The translations under genes were made by a program, and so were the position numbers. A stretch of 61,339 nt of DNA, counting the filler. It is 8 parts of 8 records of this genome, joined end to end, with 100 filler letters (N's around TTAATTAATTAA, not from the genome) between each part and the next. Parts side by side here need not be neighbours in the genome. Positions count along the whole stretch, not along the records: positions 9,900 to 20,512 come from SRR7504441_2489; positions 20,613 to 28,557 come from SRR7504441_2490; 6 more parts are not named here. One strand, given 5' to 3'. Shown piece by piece: positions 12,801-23,797 of the stretch (positions within the stretch are counted from its first letter, which is position 1; each line of letters opens with the position of its first letter). Below the pieces are notes generated by a model. It searched no databases and was not told the origin of the DNA. It was given only the letters and a program-made list of their open reading frames with translations.

Positions 12801-15800
12801 TCCTCATTGAGCAGTGCAAGGCTCCAGTCAACATTGCCAACATGGTTGGCCAGACACCTCTCGGGGTCTCTCTGCTGACTGGCAGGGTGGAGCTGACCAG
12901 GATGCTTCTCGAGTGTGGCGCTGACGTGAGCTGCAGGGATGATGCCGGTAACACAATCATGGACAATCTGATCCTCGAGCTCGGCAAGCCGCGGCCTCTT
13001 GCGCAGATAGAGCCAGCCATGTGCCGTCTGGAGCAGACCGCCACTCTGCTGCTCGAATCCGGTGCAAATCCGCACATGCTGTCAGATATTGTCCTGGCCA
13101 CTCAAGGAGGCGACTCGTTTCCTCGATTTGCCGAGTTGTTTGTGAACAAGGGTGCTGACGTGAATGCAGAGGCCGAGGACGGCAACGCTCCAATGCATGT
13201 TGCGGTGGCAGCAGTGCAGGACGGCCAGCTGAGGCGAACCGGGGGCGAAAGTGTGTGTGAATGGCTGCTGCAGCATGGAGCTGACATCAACATGCCTGGA
13301 GCTGAAGACGACACACCGCTGCTGATTGCTCTGAAACGGGATAAACTATCTGCTTTTGATACCAAGGAATTTGCAAGGTTCTTTGCAGTAGAGCACAAGG
13401 CAGATGTCGAGCAGAAGAACGCGGCCGGCGACAATGCACTGATGTTGGCCGTCGAGATGGTCGAGCCTGAAATCGTAACAATGCTGGTGGATGAGGCTCG
13501 GGCCACGGTCAGCTGCAAGGATGCAGAGGGCCGCTCGGCGCTCACCCGGGTAGTGGACCACTATGACGGTAGCCGGATGGATCTGGGGCTGGTAGACAAC
13601 ATGATGAAGGTAGTCAGGTTTCTGCTGGGCAGCAAGCTCGACCCAGATGCTGTCAACAAGAAGGGCGAGACAGCGCTGCTCTGCTCGGTCGGTCTATCGC
13701 ACGTCAAGATCCTGGATGCCATCCTGGACCACGGTGCACTGCCAGACAAGAGTGATACCCGCGGGCGCACACCGTTCAAGCGTGTGTTTGAAGAGATTGC
13801 AGAGACTCCAGAACCGGCGCGGATGCAAGTGCTTCAGAAGATGGCTGTGAGGCTGATCGAACAGGGCTGCGACTTTGACATTGTGGTGAACGGGCTTTCA
13901 CCGCTGGCCCATGCTGTCAACATGGGCGACTTTGCGCTCTGCCGTGAGCTTTGCAAGCGGGGGATCGACCTGCAAGCAAAGGACGAGGACGGGCACAGCG
14001 TCATGGACAGGGTCGTGCTTGAGCTGGACACCGCCCAAGGCCCAAGGGCTTCCTTCCTGCTCAAGGTTGGTGAGCTGTTCGTCGAGAGGGGAGCGTGTGT
14101 GGAGCACATAGCGCAAGTGCTCAAGGTGACACAGGGCTCGCCGCTCGGCCTCAAGTTCATCAAAATGCTTCTTCTCCATCGGGCCAACATCAACGCTCGG
14201 AACCCAGAGACCGGCCGCACTCCAACGCACACCGTGTGCATGGGCATGCTGAACGAGACAATTGCAGTGCCAGCTGGCAAGAAGCTGGTGGATTGGCTTG
14301 TGATCCAGGGAGCTGACGTCAACACGCTGAGCAATCAGGGGATCGAGAATGGACCGATCCATGACATTGCAGCGGCCGGCAACCTGGAGGTGCTTGGAGT
14401 GCTTCTAAGCAACGATCCTCTGCGTGACCTACCAAACGGTCGTGGCGAGACGGCCCTGTATCATGCTGCAGCAAACGGTCACCTGGATGTGCTTGAGGAG
14501 CTGGTCAGCACTTCTGAACTTGTCAACCTTGCAAATAACGTCGAGGAATACACTCCGCTGCATGTGGCTGCAATGGGCGGACACGTTGATGCTGTCGAAA
14601 AGCTGCTTCAGGCTGGAGCCGATGTGACCCAAAAGGCAACTGAGGGGCGTAATGTGCTCCATCTGATCCTGGGGCTCGAGCCGGAGCTGTACGCGGAGGC
14701 ACACAGGTCCATCGCTCTTGCCATGATCAAGAAGTACCCAGGAAGCTTCAACTTGCCAGACGCTCAAGGACTCACATGCCTGAGACTGGCCATCCAAACT
14801 GGGGCGAAGCAGGTGGCACTTGCTCTGATCCAGAACGGAGCAGATATGACAGCAGCTCTAGGTAATGGAGAGACTATCCTGGCTATGGTCCTCAAGGAGC
14901 TTATTCAGCTGTCAGCCGACCAGGGCTCAGACAGGGCAAAGTCCCTCGATTTCTTTGCTAAAATGATGATTGAGAAGGGCGCTGACCTTGAAGACGAAAG
15001 TCTTGGGTTCCTTGCGATCCAGCTCCCTTCTGAGGCCATGCTGTGTGCCTTGCTCGAGACAGGGATGCCGCCGGACACAACTGACAAGGATGGCGATACA
15101 ATGCTGCATAAGATTGTCGATGAAATGTGTGCGTGCGAGGACGAGGAGCGCTTGGCTGTGCTCGAACAGATGGTGGCTGCAATCACATCCAACGGTGCCA
15201 ATGTGAATATGGGCGAGTCCTTGATCTTCATGGCACTTGAAGCCAAGCAGAAAGAGGTAGTCTCGATCCTCCTTGACAACGGCGCAATGGTCAATCGCAA
15301 GGGCCACACGGGCGTCTCACCACTGGCAATGGCGATAACGCTAGATGATGCGGAGCTTGTGGAGATGCTGCTCAAGCGTGGGGCAGACCCCAATAGCACA
15401 ATGGAAGACGGCAGCTCTGCATTGTACACTTGCTTTACCAATGGGCAGAACGCGATGGTGCTCCTGCTCACCAAGCAAGGAGCCGACGTGACGTTCACAG
15501 ACGAGAAGGGCCGGCAGCCATTCGATGCGATTCTTGACTCCGTGGCAGCCGAGCCTATGCCGGATGCTGAAGCGCTTGCCAAGCTCGAGATGATGGCTGA
15601 AGGGTTTATTGCACGTGGTTCCGAGCCAAATGCGATCGCACGGGTGCTCAAGGCCACCGAGGCAAACGCAGCAGGGATCCAGTTTGCGGGCTTTTTGATC
15701 AAACACGGTGCCAAGACTGAGCACACCAACGAGGATGGGCTCACTCCACTGGAAGTATTGATGGAGGGTCTTGCCAATGGCTGGGCAAAGGACGACTGCT

Positions 15801-18253
15801 TGGCTGCCGCCAAGAGCCTGCTCAAATCCGGCGCAAATGCTAGTGTTGCGTCGCCTGATGGCAAGACTCCATTGCACCGGGCGTGCGAGCTCGGAATTCC
15901 TGAAATGGTTGCGGCTCTGGTCGATGCTGGCGGCAACGTCAACCACCCTGACTACCTTGGAGTCACTCCTGTGCACCAAGCGTGCTACTCAGGGAACATG
16001 CAGCTGCTCGAGACAGTTGCGCGCAAAGCCAACTGGTCAATGAAAGCTGGTGCCTCGGGTCTATTCTTCTCCCCGCTGCACATTGCATGTGCCACTGGTA
16101 ATCAGCGGATGGTTGACTTTTTGCTCTCCAAGCGTGCCCCGCTCAACGAGCCAGCCTACTGGGGCCGCACACCGCTCCATTTGTGCGTGCTTGGGCAGTC
16201 TGCCAGTGGGTACCTCGAGGGCGACCGGTTCACCACACTGTCTCTTCTCGTGAGCACTAAAGGCATTAACGTCAATGTTGCTGACATTGACGGCGAGACG
16301 CCCCTGACTCTGGCAGTGCAGCAGGGCGCGCTCAGGGCATCCCGGCTGCTGCTTTCAAAGGGTGCCGATCCTGCTCCAGCGGGCCCAGGCAAGCCTTCAG
16401 CGCTGGCTCGGGCGATCGAGGGAGGCCACAAGGAGATTGTCAAGATGATAGTCAAGAACAATCCCCAGATCTGCTCCAACCCCGAGGTGCTGCTTGCAGC
16501 CGTTCAGCGGAACAGCGATGCAGCTCTCGCGCAAACCACAGTCAAGAGCAGCACCGCCAAAGCAAGCGAGACAGCCGGCTCCCAGCACCCTGGAGTGATC
16601 ACCGAGCACTGGTCAGCTCCGCTCTGGTGGGCCTGTTACTACGCCAAGGACACAGTGGTAGCCGATCTACTGGCCAAGGCAGGCACCAACATGCACACGA
16701 GCACCGGTAATGGAATGTCACTGCTGCACTGGTGTGCGGTCTGGGGTGACCACACTGGTATTGTGGACCAACTGGTCAGGGCTGGTGCGTCTGTGAATGC
16801 CAAGGATGCATCAGGCCAGACCCCAGCACATACGGCGGCGCAGTATGGCCGGCGAGAGATGCAAGCCAAACTGATTGATAATGGATGCAAAGTGGCTGCC
16901 ACGGACAACCAGGGCCTCTCATGCGCAGATATTGCCAACAAGTGCGGGACTTCCAGCCTGATGAAGGGCAGGCCAGACAAGCCGCCCGAGCAGGCAAGCC
17001 AAGTGCTCTCGCAGCGCGACAAGCTCTACTTCGATGTGAGCTTCCAACCTGGGCTCAAGATCCTCTCGAAGTCGAACGACATCAAGAGTGCCTACAGGCA
17101 GGTCGAGTGGGTGCGTATATCTGCACTCGTGCCCGAGGCGCTAGTCGGTCAGACTCGAATTGGCATGCTCGGCCGGCCATGGTTCACTGCAGCGCTCGCT
17201 GCCTGTGAGGGCGGAGTCTCCAGCCTTGTTCTGGGCGACGATTCTGGCAAGTCTGGGGCTTACTGCGTGCGGTGCACAAACCAGTCGGGGGCAGAAGAGG
17301 AAGTGATTGTTGATGACCAGATACCTTGCATAGACGGGATGCCCGTGTTTACTATCCCTGGTGGCTCTGTCAAAGGCAAGCACCTGCTGGCAGTCGAGAA
17401 GGCGTACGCCAAAGTGTACGGAGGGTACGAGGCGCTGATGAGAGCGTCCTGGGCCAGCGTCTCCACAGTCGAAACGAGCTATGAAGTATCCCCAACAGTG
17501 GTGAGCAGCAGTGAAGTAACCGAAGTTGTCAGCCACGTTGCTCATGCGAAAGCCTCGCCGCGGAGTCCCAAGTCAGAGAGCTTTTTCAAGCGCGACGCTT
17601 CGCCACCACCAGCCAGGCGCGACCTGTCCCCGCCCAAACGGGAGGTCTCCCCGCGAAGCCAAGAGGCCAACAAGAAGACCACTCCCTCGCGAGAGGGCAC
17701 GTTTGACATGGACGCAGCGATCGCCCGCACCCAAAGCCCCAGCGGATCGCCCAGGGCTACAACTGTGGGGAAGCGCTCAAAGGTGCTGCCGATTGCTATG
17801 CCTGCCTGAGTGTTGTGGTGCCAGGCGACCGACCCTTCGTACCAAGTCGGCGTGACTGCTGATTGCACCCTGTCGGTGGAGGCACACCAGGAGGACGGTA
17901 AGCCGCTGCTTACGGGCAACATTTCAGTGTATTCGGACGCTGGATCGGAATTGAAGTACATTGCTGGCCAATCGGTAGATAACTCTAAGGTGTGCAACGT
18001 AGAGACGCCGGTGACTGTTGCTGGCTCGCCATACGTGGTGGTGGCGTCACTAGGAGACAAGGGCTACCAGTTTGATATTTCGGGGACCAAAGACATCTCA
18101 GTGAAGGTGAACAAAGTGACCACTACGAAAGAACGTACCAAGGCGAGCCCGTCTACAAGCCCCCGGAGCTCTTTCAAAGAAACCACCACTGGCCAACGGG
18201 ACTACGAAAAGCTGCTGGATCGGTATGACAAGGTAGCAGAGAGAGGGAGTTAA
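9900..18253 (+). CDS. giant ankyrin-repeat protein (>2700 aa) with degenerate calpain-like domain; 5'-truncated
   Basis: 2517-aa ORF with dozens of G-x-T-[PA]-L-H ankyrin motifs. Calpain-like segments WVRISAL, GMLGRPWFTAALAA, VIVDDQIPC and EKAYAKVYGGYEAL. Introns at about 10203-10238 and 17783-17824. The 3' end may extend slightly. Confidence 0.88.
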
Positions 18254-18894
18254 AGCTGCTGACGCCCGAGGTGGAGCGAAGAAAACTGGATGCTGGTTTA
18301 GAGGAAAGATGTACTGCACCACTCTTTGCTGACATATGCATTGAGTATAGGGATCGAGTCCACCATGAGCAACTCATTATTTTAAGCCACAATCATCACT
18401 TCAACAATTTTAGACCTATATACTTGTAACAACTATGAAAATCACAATGTGGACTCAATCTTTAATATGCCTTCATGTAGGGCTCCCTATTCGAGCCCTG
18501 TCCTTTAAAGGCGGGCCCAAGTTCCGGAATTAATTTTCAGAATAGTGGGCCTTTCCGCACACCGGCGCACTTCAGCACAATCATGTTCTGATCAGCAAGT
18601 CCGGCTGCACACGTGCACAGCCGCGGCCGGAGCGGCCAGCGCGGGAGGGCGAGGGAGGGCGAGGTCATGAATGTGAGGCCCATGTCGGTGGTTTCGGGCT
18701 CAGCGACCCGCACCATTATACCCCCCACAACCAACTCATGATCCGGCTCAACCACAGCTGTAGCTATAAGCTTAGGTACTTCATGATCACCTAACGATCA
18801 CCGGTGGTCGTCAGCGCCTGGTGCCGGGTGGAAGCCGTTGGAGAAGGTTGGGATCAGCGCGGAGCTCTTGGGACAGCTCTGCTTCAGTCACCAT

Positions 18895-20093
18895 ATGCGT
18901 CGAGTTGCCACCGCGTTGGGCCGGCGGCGCTGGTCGAGCGGGCCTCACCATCGGGCCGACGCACTCGGGCTGCGGCTCAGCCCGGCCGAGCGCCAGCTGC
19001 TTAGTCAGTCAGCGCCGAAGTATGAGACGGCGCTCTGGCGGAGTGTTCGGGGGGCCCACGAGAAGGAGCATCTCGTGGCGCTGCTGGCGGCCGGCGAGGA
19101 GCACCGGCCGGGGCACCGGGCGCTCAAGGCAATCGACTTTCTCGGGACGGGGCTGTTCTCGGTGGTGGGCACAGTGGCGGCGGGCGAGGCGGGCATGAAC
19201 GCAGTCGGGTGCGGACTGGTCGGGTGCGTGGCGGCCATGGGCGGGGGCACAGTCAACAGCCTGCTGATGGGGACGGCTGGGGCTGGTGTGTTCTGGGTCC
19301 GCGACCCCCGCTACCTAGCCTTGGCGCTCGGGTGCTCGCTGGCCACCTTCTTCGGCTGGCCGCGACTGCAAGCGTACGAGGCCGAGCAGGAGCTGGCGCG
19401 GATGGAGCCCGACGCGCAGAGGCGGGTGAGCCTGGCCGGGTTTGAGGCCGGGCTCCGGACTAGCCCGTGGCTGCTCAGAAGACTGCAGCAGCACGTGGCG
19501 CGCGAGCTCGAACTCCCAGCGGGAGGCCCGGCGCTCACCTCGCGCCAGCTGTTTGAGCATCTGGACACCAACAAGGATAACTACCTCTCGTTTGACGAGA
19601 TTCTGTGGATGGTAACACCTCTTGCCTAATTAGGCAGTGTGAGGGTTAACAGGTCCGGCATACAACGATGGATTCTCCGCTGGTGTACGCGGTTGACAGT
19701 GTGGCGCTGTCAGCTCTGGCAGTGATAGGAGCCCAGCAGGGCGTGGCGCGCGGCCTGCACCCGCTGGTTTGCGTTGCTGCTGGCGTCACCATCTGCTTTG
19801 GGGGGATCCTGCGTGATCTAATGTGCCAGCATAAGCTCGCCCTCGGGGCGGAGTCTTATGCGTTCGCAACTGCGGGCGGATCGGCTGTTTTCGTGCTGTT
19901 GCGGCATTTGGTGGTGCGGGGAGCCATAGTGATGCCACTTGAGTTGCAGATAGCGCTGAGCGCTGGGGCCACGCTCGGGCTCCGTGGTATGGCGTGGTGC
20001 AAGCGGCCGGATCACCTGCTGCCTCCGATGGAGAATTATCATTTGACGTCCGCTAATAAGCGACCGTCGCGCCCACCAACACATAAACCCTGA
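18895..20093 (+). CDS. bacterial-type TRIC/UPF0126 (YadS-like) membrane protein with inserted EF-hand and putative mitochondrial presequence
   Basis: Two repeats: IDFLGTGLFSVVG...AMGGGTV...VFWVRDP and VDSVALSALAVIG...FGGILRD...SYA. EF-hand DTNKDNYLSFDE lies between them. N-terminus MRRVATALGRRRWSS. One GT-AG intron at about 19612-19652. Confidence 0.82.
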
Positions 20094-20512
20094 GGGATCG
20101 CACACATGTCTCAACTTTATCTCGAATTGCTGCCGTCGCGTATCGTTATGGCGTGATCCGTATTATATATACGTACGAGTACAGTATACAGACGCGTGTT
20201 AGATCCGTGCAATCAATACCCTCCGCGCGGATCGAGTACAGGCTGCGCACTGGCTCGATCAGGATGTCGGCGAGTCCCAGGATCGACTCCGACTCACATT
20301 GTGCACCGTCGGCGCAAAGGGGCCCGAGGTTGAAAGCAGATCCGGCTTGGGCAGGCTAGACGTAGGCAGGATCGCCGCAGCCCGCCACCAGGGCCACGAG
20401 CGCGCTTTACCAACCGGTGCACCGTCTGGTCGGCCGGGTACGAGAAGTGCAGTCCTTTCACCAGCTGCTGCTCCAGGCGCCGTGTGCTTCCCAATCGGGT
20501 GGTTGCGAATAT

Positions 20513-20612
20513 NNNNNNNNNNNNNNNNNNNNNNNNNNNNNNNNNNNNNNNNNNNNTTAATTAATTAANNNNNNNNNNNNNNNNNNNNNNNNNNNNNNNN
20601 NNNNNNNNNNNN
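20513..20612. other. artificial contig linker
   Basis: N-run + TTAATTAATTAA + N-run. Confidence 0.98.
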
Positions 20613-20867
20613 CCCAGGTGTGCACGTCGTTAGCGTGCGAGAAGACGCTCTGGATCATCAGCAGCCCAAACACCCAGCTCCAACCGAACCCGTCCGGCGA
20701 CCGCGCCTCAAACAGCTCCAGCCTGCCCCGCGGCTCGCCCGCCCGCCAGTCCGGCGGTGACACCGGTTCAGGCAGACCAGCGCGGCGGCCGCGTAGGTCC
20801 AGGAGCTCCAGCGGTACCACCAGGCACTCTGGATGGCCGGGCTCCACTCGGCCGGCTCTGGTGCCAT
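20613..20867 (-). CDS. small membrane protein, 3'-truncated
   Basis: MAPEPAEWSPAIQSAWWYRWSSWTYAAAALVCLNR joined over a GT-AG intron to LELFEARSPDGFGWSWVFGLLMIQSVFSHANDVHTW. Confidence 0.45.
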
Positions 20868-21006
20868 GCAGGCCCGGATGCACCGCCGCCACAGGCAACT
20901 CGGGTGCAGCGTGGCGTCGAGCACCACCTGCACCAGAAAAAGCTCCTCGCACCCCATCGACGCGACCCAACCGGCGGGCGAACGAGATCGAGAAGCCCAA
21001 AAAAGA

Positions 21007-22067
21007 ATGTCGGTGGCCTCCAGCGGCGGCTCGCTTGGAGCGCTCCAGCGGGAGTGGCCGGACCGCCCGGCCGGGCTGAGCGGGGGCAGGGTGACGGCGC
21101 TGGACCGGCGGCTGACCGAGCGCAAGCGGCAGCTGCTGGCGGCGGCGGTGGCCCAACACGAGGCCGAGGAGCACAGCCGGAGCACCGCCGGCCTGGCCGA
21201 GTTCATGGGCGACAGCGGGCTGCCCGAGGCCCGGCAGGAAGTGCGGGCGCTCGCGGAGGCGATGGAACGGGCCGCGGCCGCAGCCCTCGGCACTAACGTC
21301 ACTACGCTCGCTGGCCGCGAACCGCTGGCTCGGCAGCTGGCCAACCGACGCTCCCGGGCCGGCCGCGGCGGGAGCCCGGCGCTGCCAGTTAAGCCGTTCC
21401 TGCTCCGGCGGGGCGGGCCGGCGGCGCTGTGGCGCACCGGGCCGCCGGCGAAGGCGCTGGACCAGTGGTGTGCGATGCACGGGCTCGACTTGAACACAGG
21501 TCCGGCCTGTCTGGGCCCCGGCGCTCATTCTGGGGGCCAGCCGAGCCCGTCAAGCCGCTCACCAAGAAGATGGAGCTGGAGAGGCCTGAGCCCCGCCCGC
21601 CGGTGTGGCAACCGCCGGCCCCCGACACGCTGCCGCACCTCTCTTTCGGGTCGGAATACTTGGCTGAGCTCCGGCCGGTCAAGGAGCGGGAAGGGTACGC
21701 CGAGCTGGCCGCCATCCGGGCGATCCAGGAGCACAAGGCGGCGGTGCTGCGCCGGGAGCGCGCGTTGCAGAAGGAGGCGGAACTGCACAAGGAGAGGTCG
21801 GCGGTACTTGAAGGCAAGTTTAGTCTGCCGCCGCGAAAGGAAGTTTTCCCTTACACCGGGGCTGACCCCGACGTGAAGCAGCGGCCGACGCCGGACGTGG
21901 AGCATTTCGAGCAGGGGCACAACCGGGCGCGCGTGGTGGAGCCGAGTGCGGGCGAGCGGCGGCGAGAGAATCAGAGCGCGAGGGCGATGTTCAAGAAGAA
22001 CAAGGGATGCCAATACGAGTCGGGCGATCATTGGGCGCTCAAGCAAAGGGGCAAGCGCAAGCAATAG
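21007..22067 (+). CDS. hypothetical protein (probably one frame-shifting intron)
   Basis: Overlapping ORFs 20833-21876 and 21429-22067, ATG at 21007, AT-rich spacer after the stop. Confidence 0.5.
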
Positions 22068-22226
22068 CCTTGATATTGTGTGGTATCTATATAATTATTA
22101 AAACATGAAATTCAACTACAATTCTTCAATCGCGAGAACGGAACAAAGGGGAACACAGAAAAGAGCCTTGTCGGATCACGGTCCAGCGCCACTATACAAA
22201 TCCACTGCGGGTAGGTTATCTCGTTA

Positions 22227-23300
22227 TTATAAGTCCATTGCAGTCGCGCCAGACTCTAGCGTCGGCTGGGCCTCAAAGCGTTGGTCCTGCTGCTGCATAG
22301 CAGGAAGGCCCGTTGGCTGCATTCCGTGGTTCTGCCCAGCCGGTCAGCAGCCACGGCCGGCCCAGCGCACCATGCTGGTGGGCATCATGCTCGGAGCCAT
22401 GTCTGTTGGAGTCACTTGCCCGCCTTGCATTTGCACGTCCGCGTGCATCTGCATAGGCTGCTGCTGCTGCGGGCTAGTCGGCTCGTCGTCCCACGTGATG
22501 TGGAACCGGGTCACACGCGGCTCGTCCGCCACGATCTTCCGTTGGATCTACCACACACCCAGTCAGCAGCGCACCGCGAGGGCAGTGTCGACACGCCTCT
22601 GTCGAGGCAAGCAGGGGGGACAGAGGAGTGGCTGGGGCACCTTGGTCACGTCGTTGGGCAGCTCGGGGTTCTGCTCGTACACCGCAGTGGTTTGCTCGTC
22701 GTACGTGTTCTGAATATAGTACCTGCCTGCGTTCAGCCGCCGGCCGCACCATCCGCACCCGATCCTAATGAACTCTTTCTCTCGATATGAGCAGGTGACC
22801 AGCACCACCTGCCCAGCCATTCGCGCGCCGCCCCCGGTCAGACCGGGCACCGTCACGCCGAGCAGGTCGTCCTTGGGAATTAGGCTGGGGTTGGGCGGAT
22901 CCCCCTGTCGGTGGCTCAGCCGCCAGCTGCGGGCCTGGCCGGCTGCCTGGAAGACAAAGCGGTTGAGGCCGAGTTCGACAGGCCCGACGAGCACTGACTC
23001 GAGCTCCTGCCGCCCCGAGCTCAGCGCCGGCCGCCCCCTGGCTCGCGCCTGGTCGTGCCGGTCGTCATCGGCCGACCCGACATAGATCATCTTCCACTCG
23101 AGGTCTGGCGGCCCGGCTCAGAGAGCGGGGCCGGGGGCGGGGCACCCTCTTTCAGTGCGGCGATGCACTCGAACGAGATCTCGAATTGGACGCTGTCGGT
23201 GAACATGGCCGGGTTGTTCAGGACCTGCGCGCCCGGCCGCTGGGGACCGGGCCCGGGGCGGGCAGGCCACCTGGACGTCGGTGATGTTGATGCAGGACAT
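22227..23300 (-). CDS. ASF1: histone chaperone ASF1, 8 introns
   Basis: Spliced MSCINITDVQVLNNPAMFTDSVQFEISFECIAALKEDLEWKMIYVGSA...ELESVLVGPVELGLNRFVFQ...[25 protein letters not shown]...RKIVADEPRVTRFHITWD. Confidence 0.96.
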
Positions 23301-23797
23301 GGCGAATCACTGATGAATGCACTCAACACGCGACGACCGCACCAACACTCCGCGATCGGATTTAACCCTCTGCTTGGCCGCTCTGCCTCGGCTGCCTGGC
23401 TCGTGGCACCCGGCTTTTGAACCTTCCTCAGCCTCGTTTGCGCGGGAGCTTGCAATGGCTGGGGCAGGCTTGGCAACGCCTGCAGCTGGTGCATGCTTTG
23501 TCCGGCCAACGTCAGAATGAGCGCCTCGGACGCGGTGATCGGCGATAGCTCTGACGATGACGATGATCAGGCCAACCGGGGCTTGATCACCGGAGTTCCC
23601 CTGTTCGCCTGGCTCAGACGGCCGTGTCAGAGCTCAATCGAGTTTAAATCGGAGTTGCGTCGTACGTAGTAACCACTGACTTGTAGGTCACTTGATTTGT
23701 GAGCGGACGGACTCGTGTATACCCCACTAGAGTGCCGTGAGGGTGTGCATCGGCGCGGACACGCCCCGGTCGACGAGTCGAGCTTTTCTTCGGAGCG

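Noticed and set aside
17807-17812. In-frame TGA between the 2517-aa ORF and the next ORF (selenocysteine, readthrough or recoded stop?)
   Set aside because: The TGA lies inside a 42-nt GT-AG intron (17783-17824) as part of a ctgag branch-like motif. TGA is used as an ordinary stop elsewhere in the window.
18420-18890. Possible ncRNA or small gene between the ankyrin and TRIC genes
   Set aside because: I recognise no tRNA or snRNA features and no convincing coding signal.
20230-20512. Possible 3' fragment of a minus-strand gene at the contig end
   Set aside because: More than one frame is open and no motif picks the right one, so it cannot be supported as a feature.
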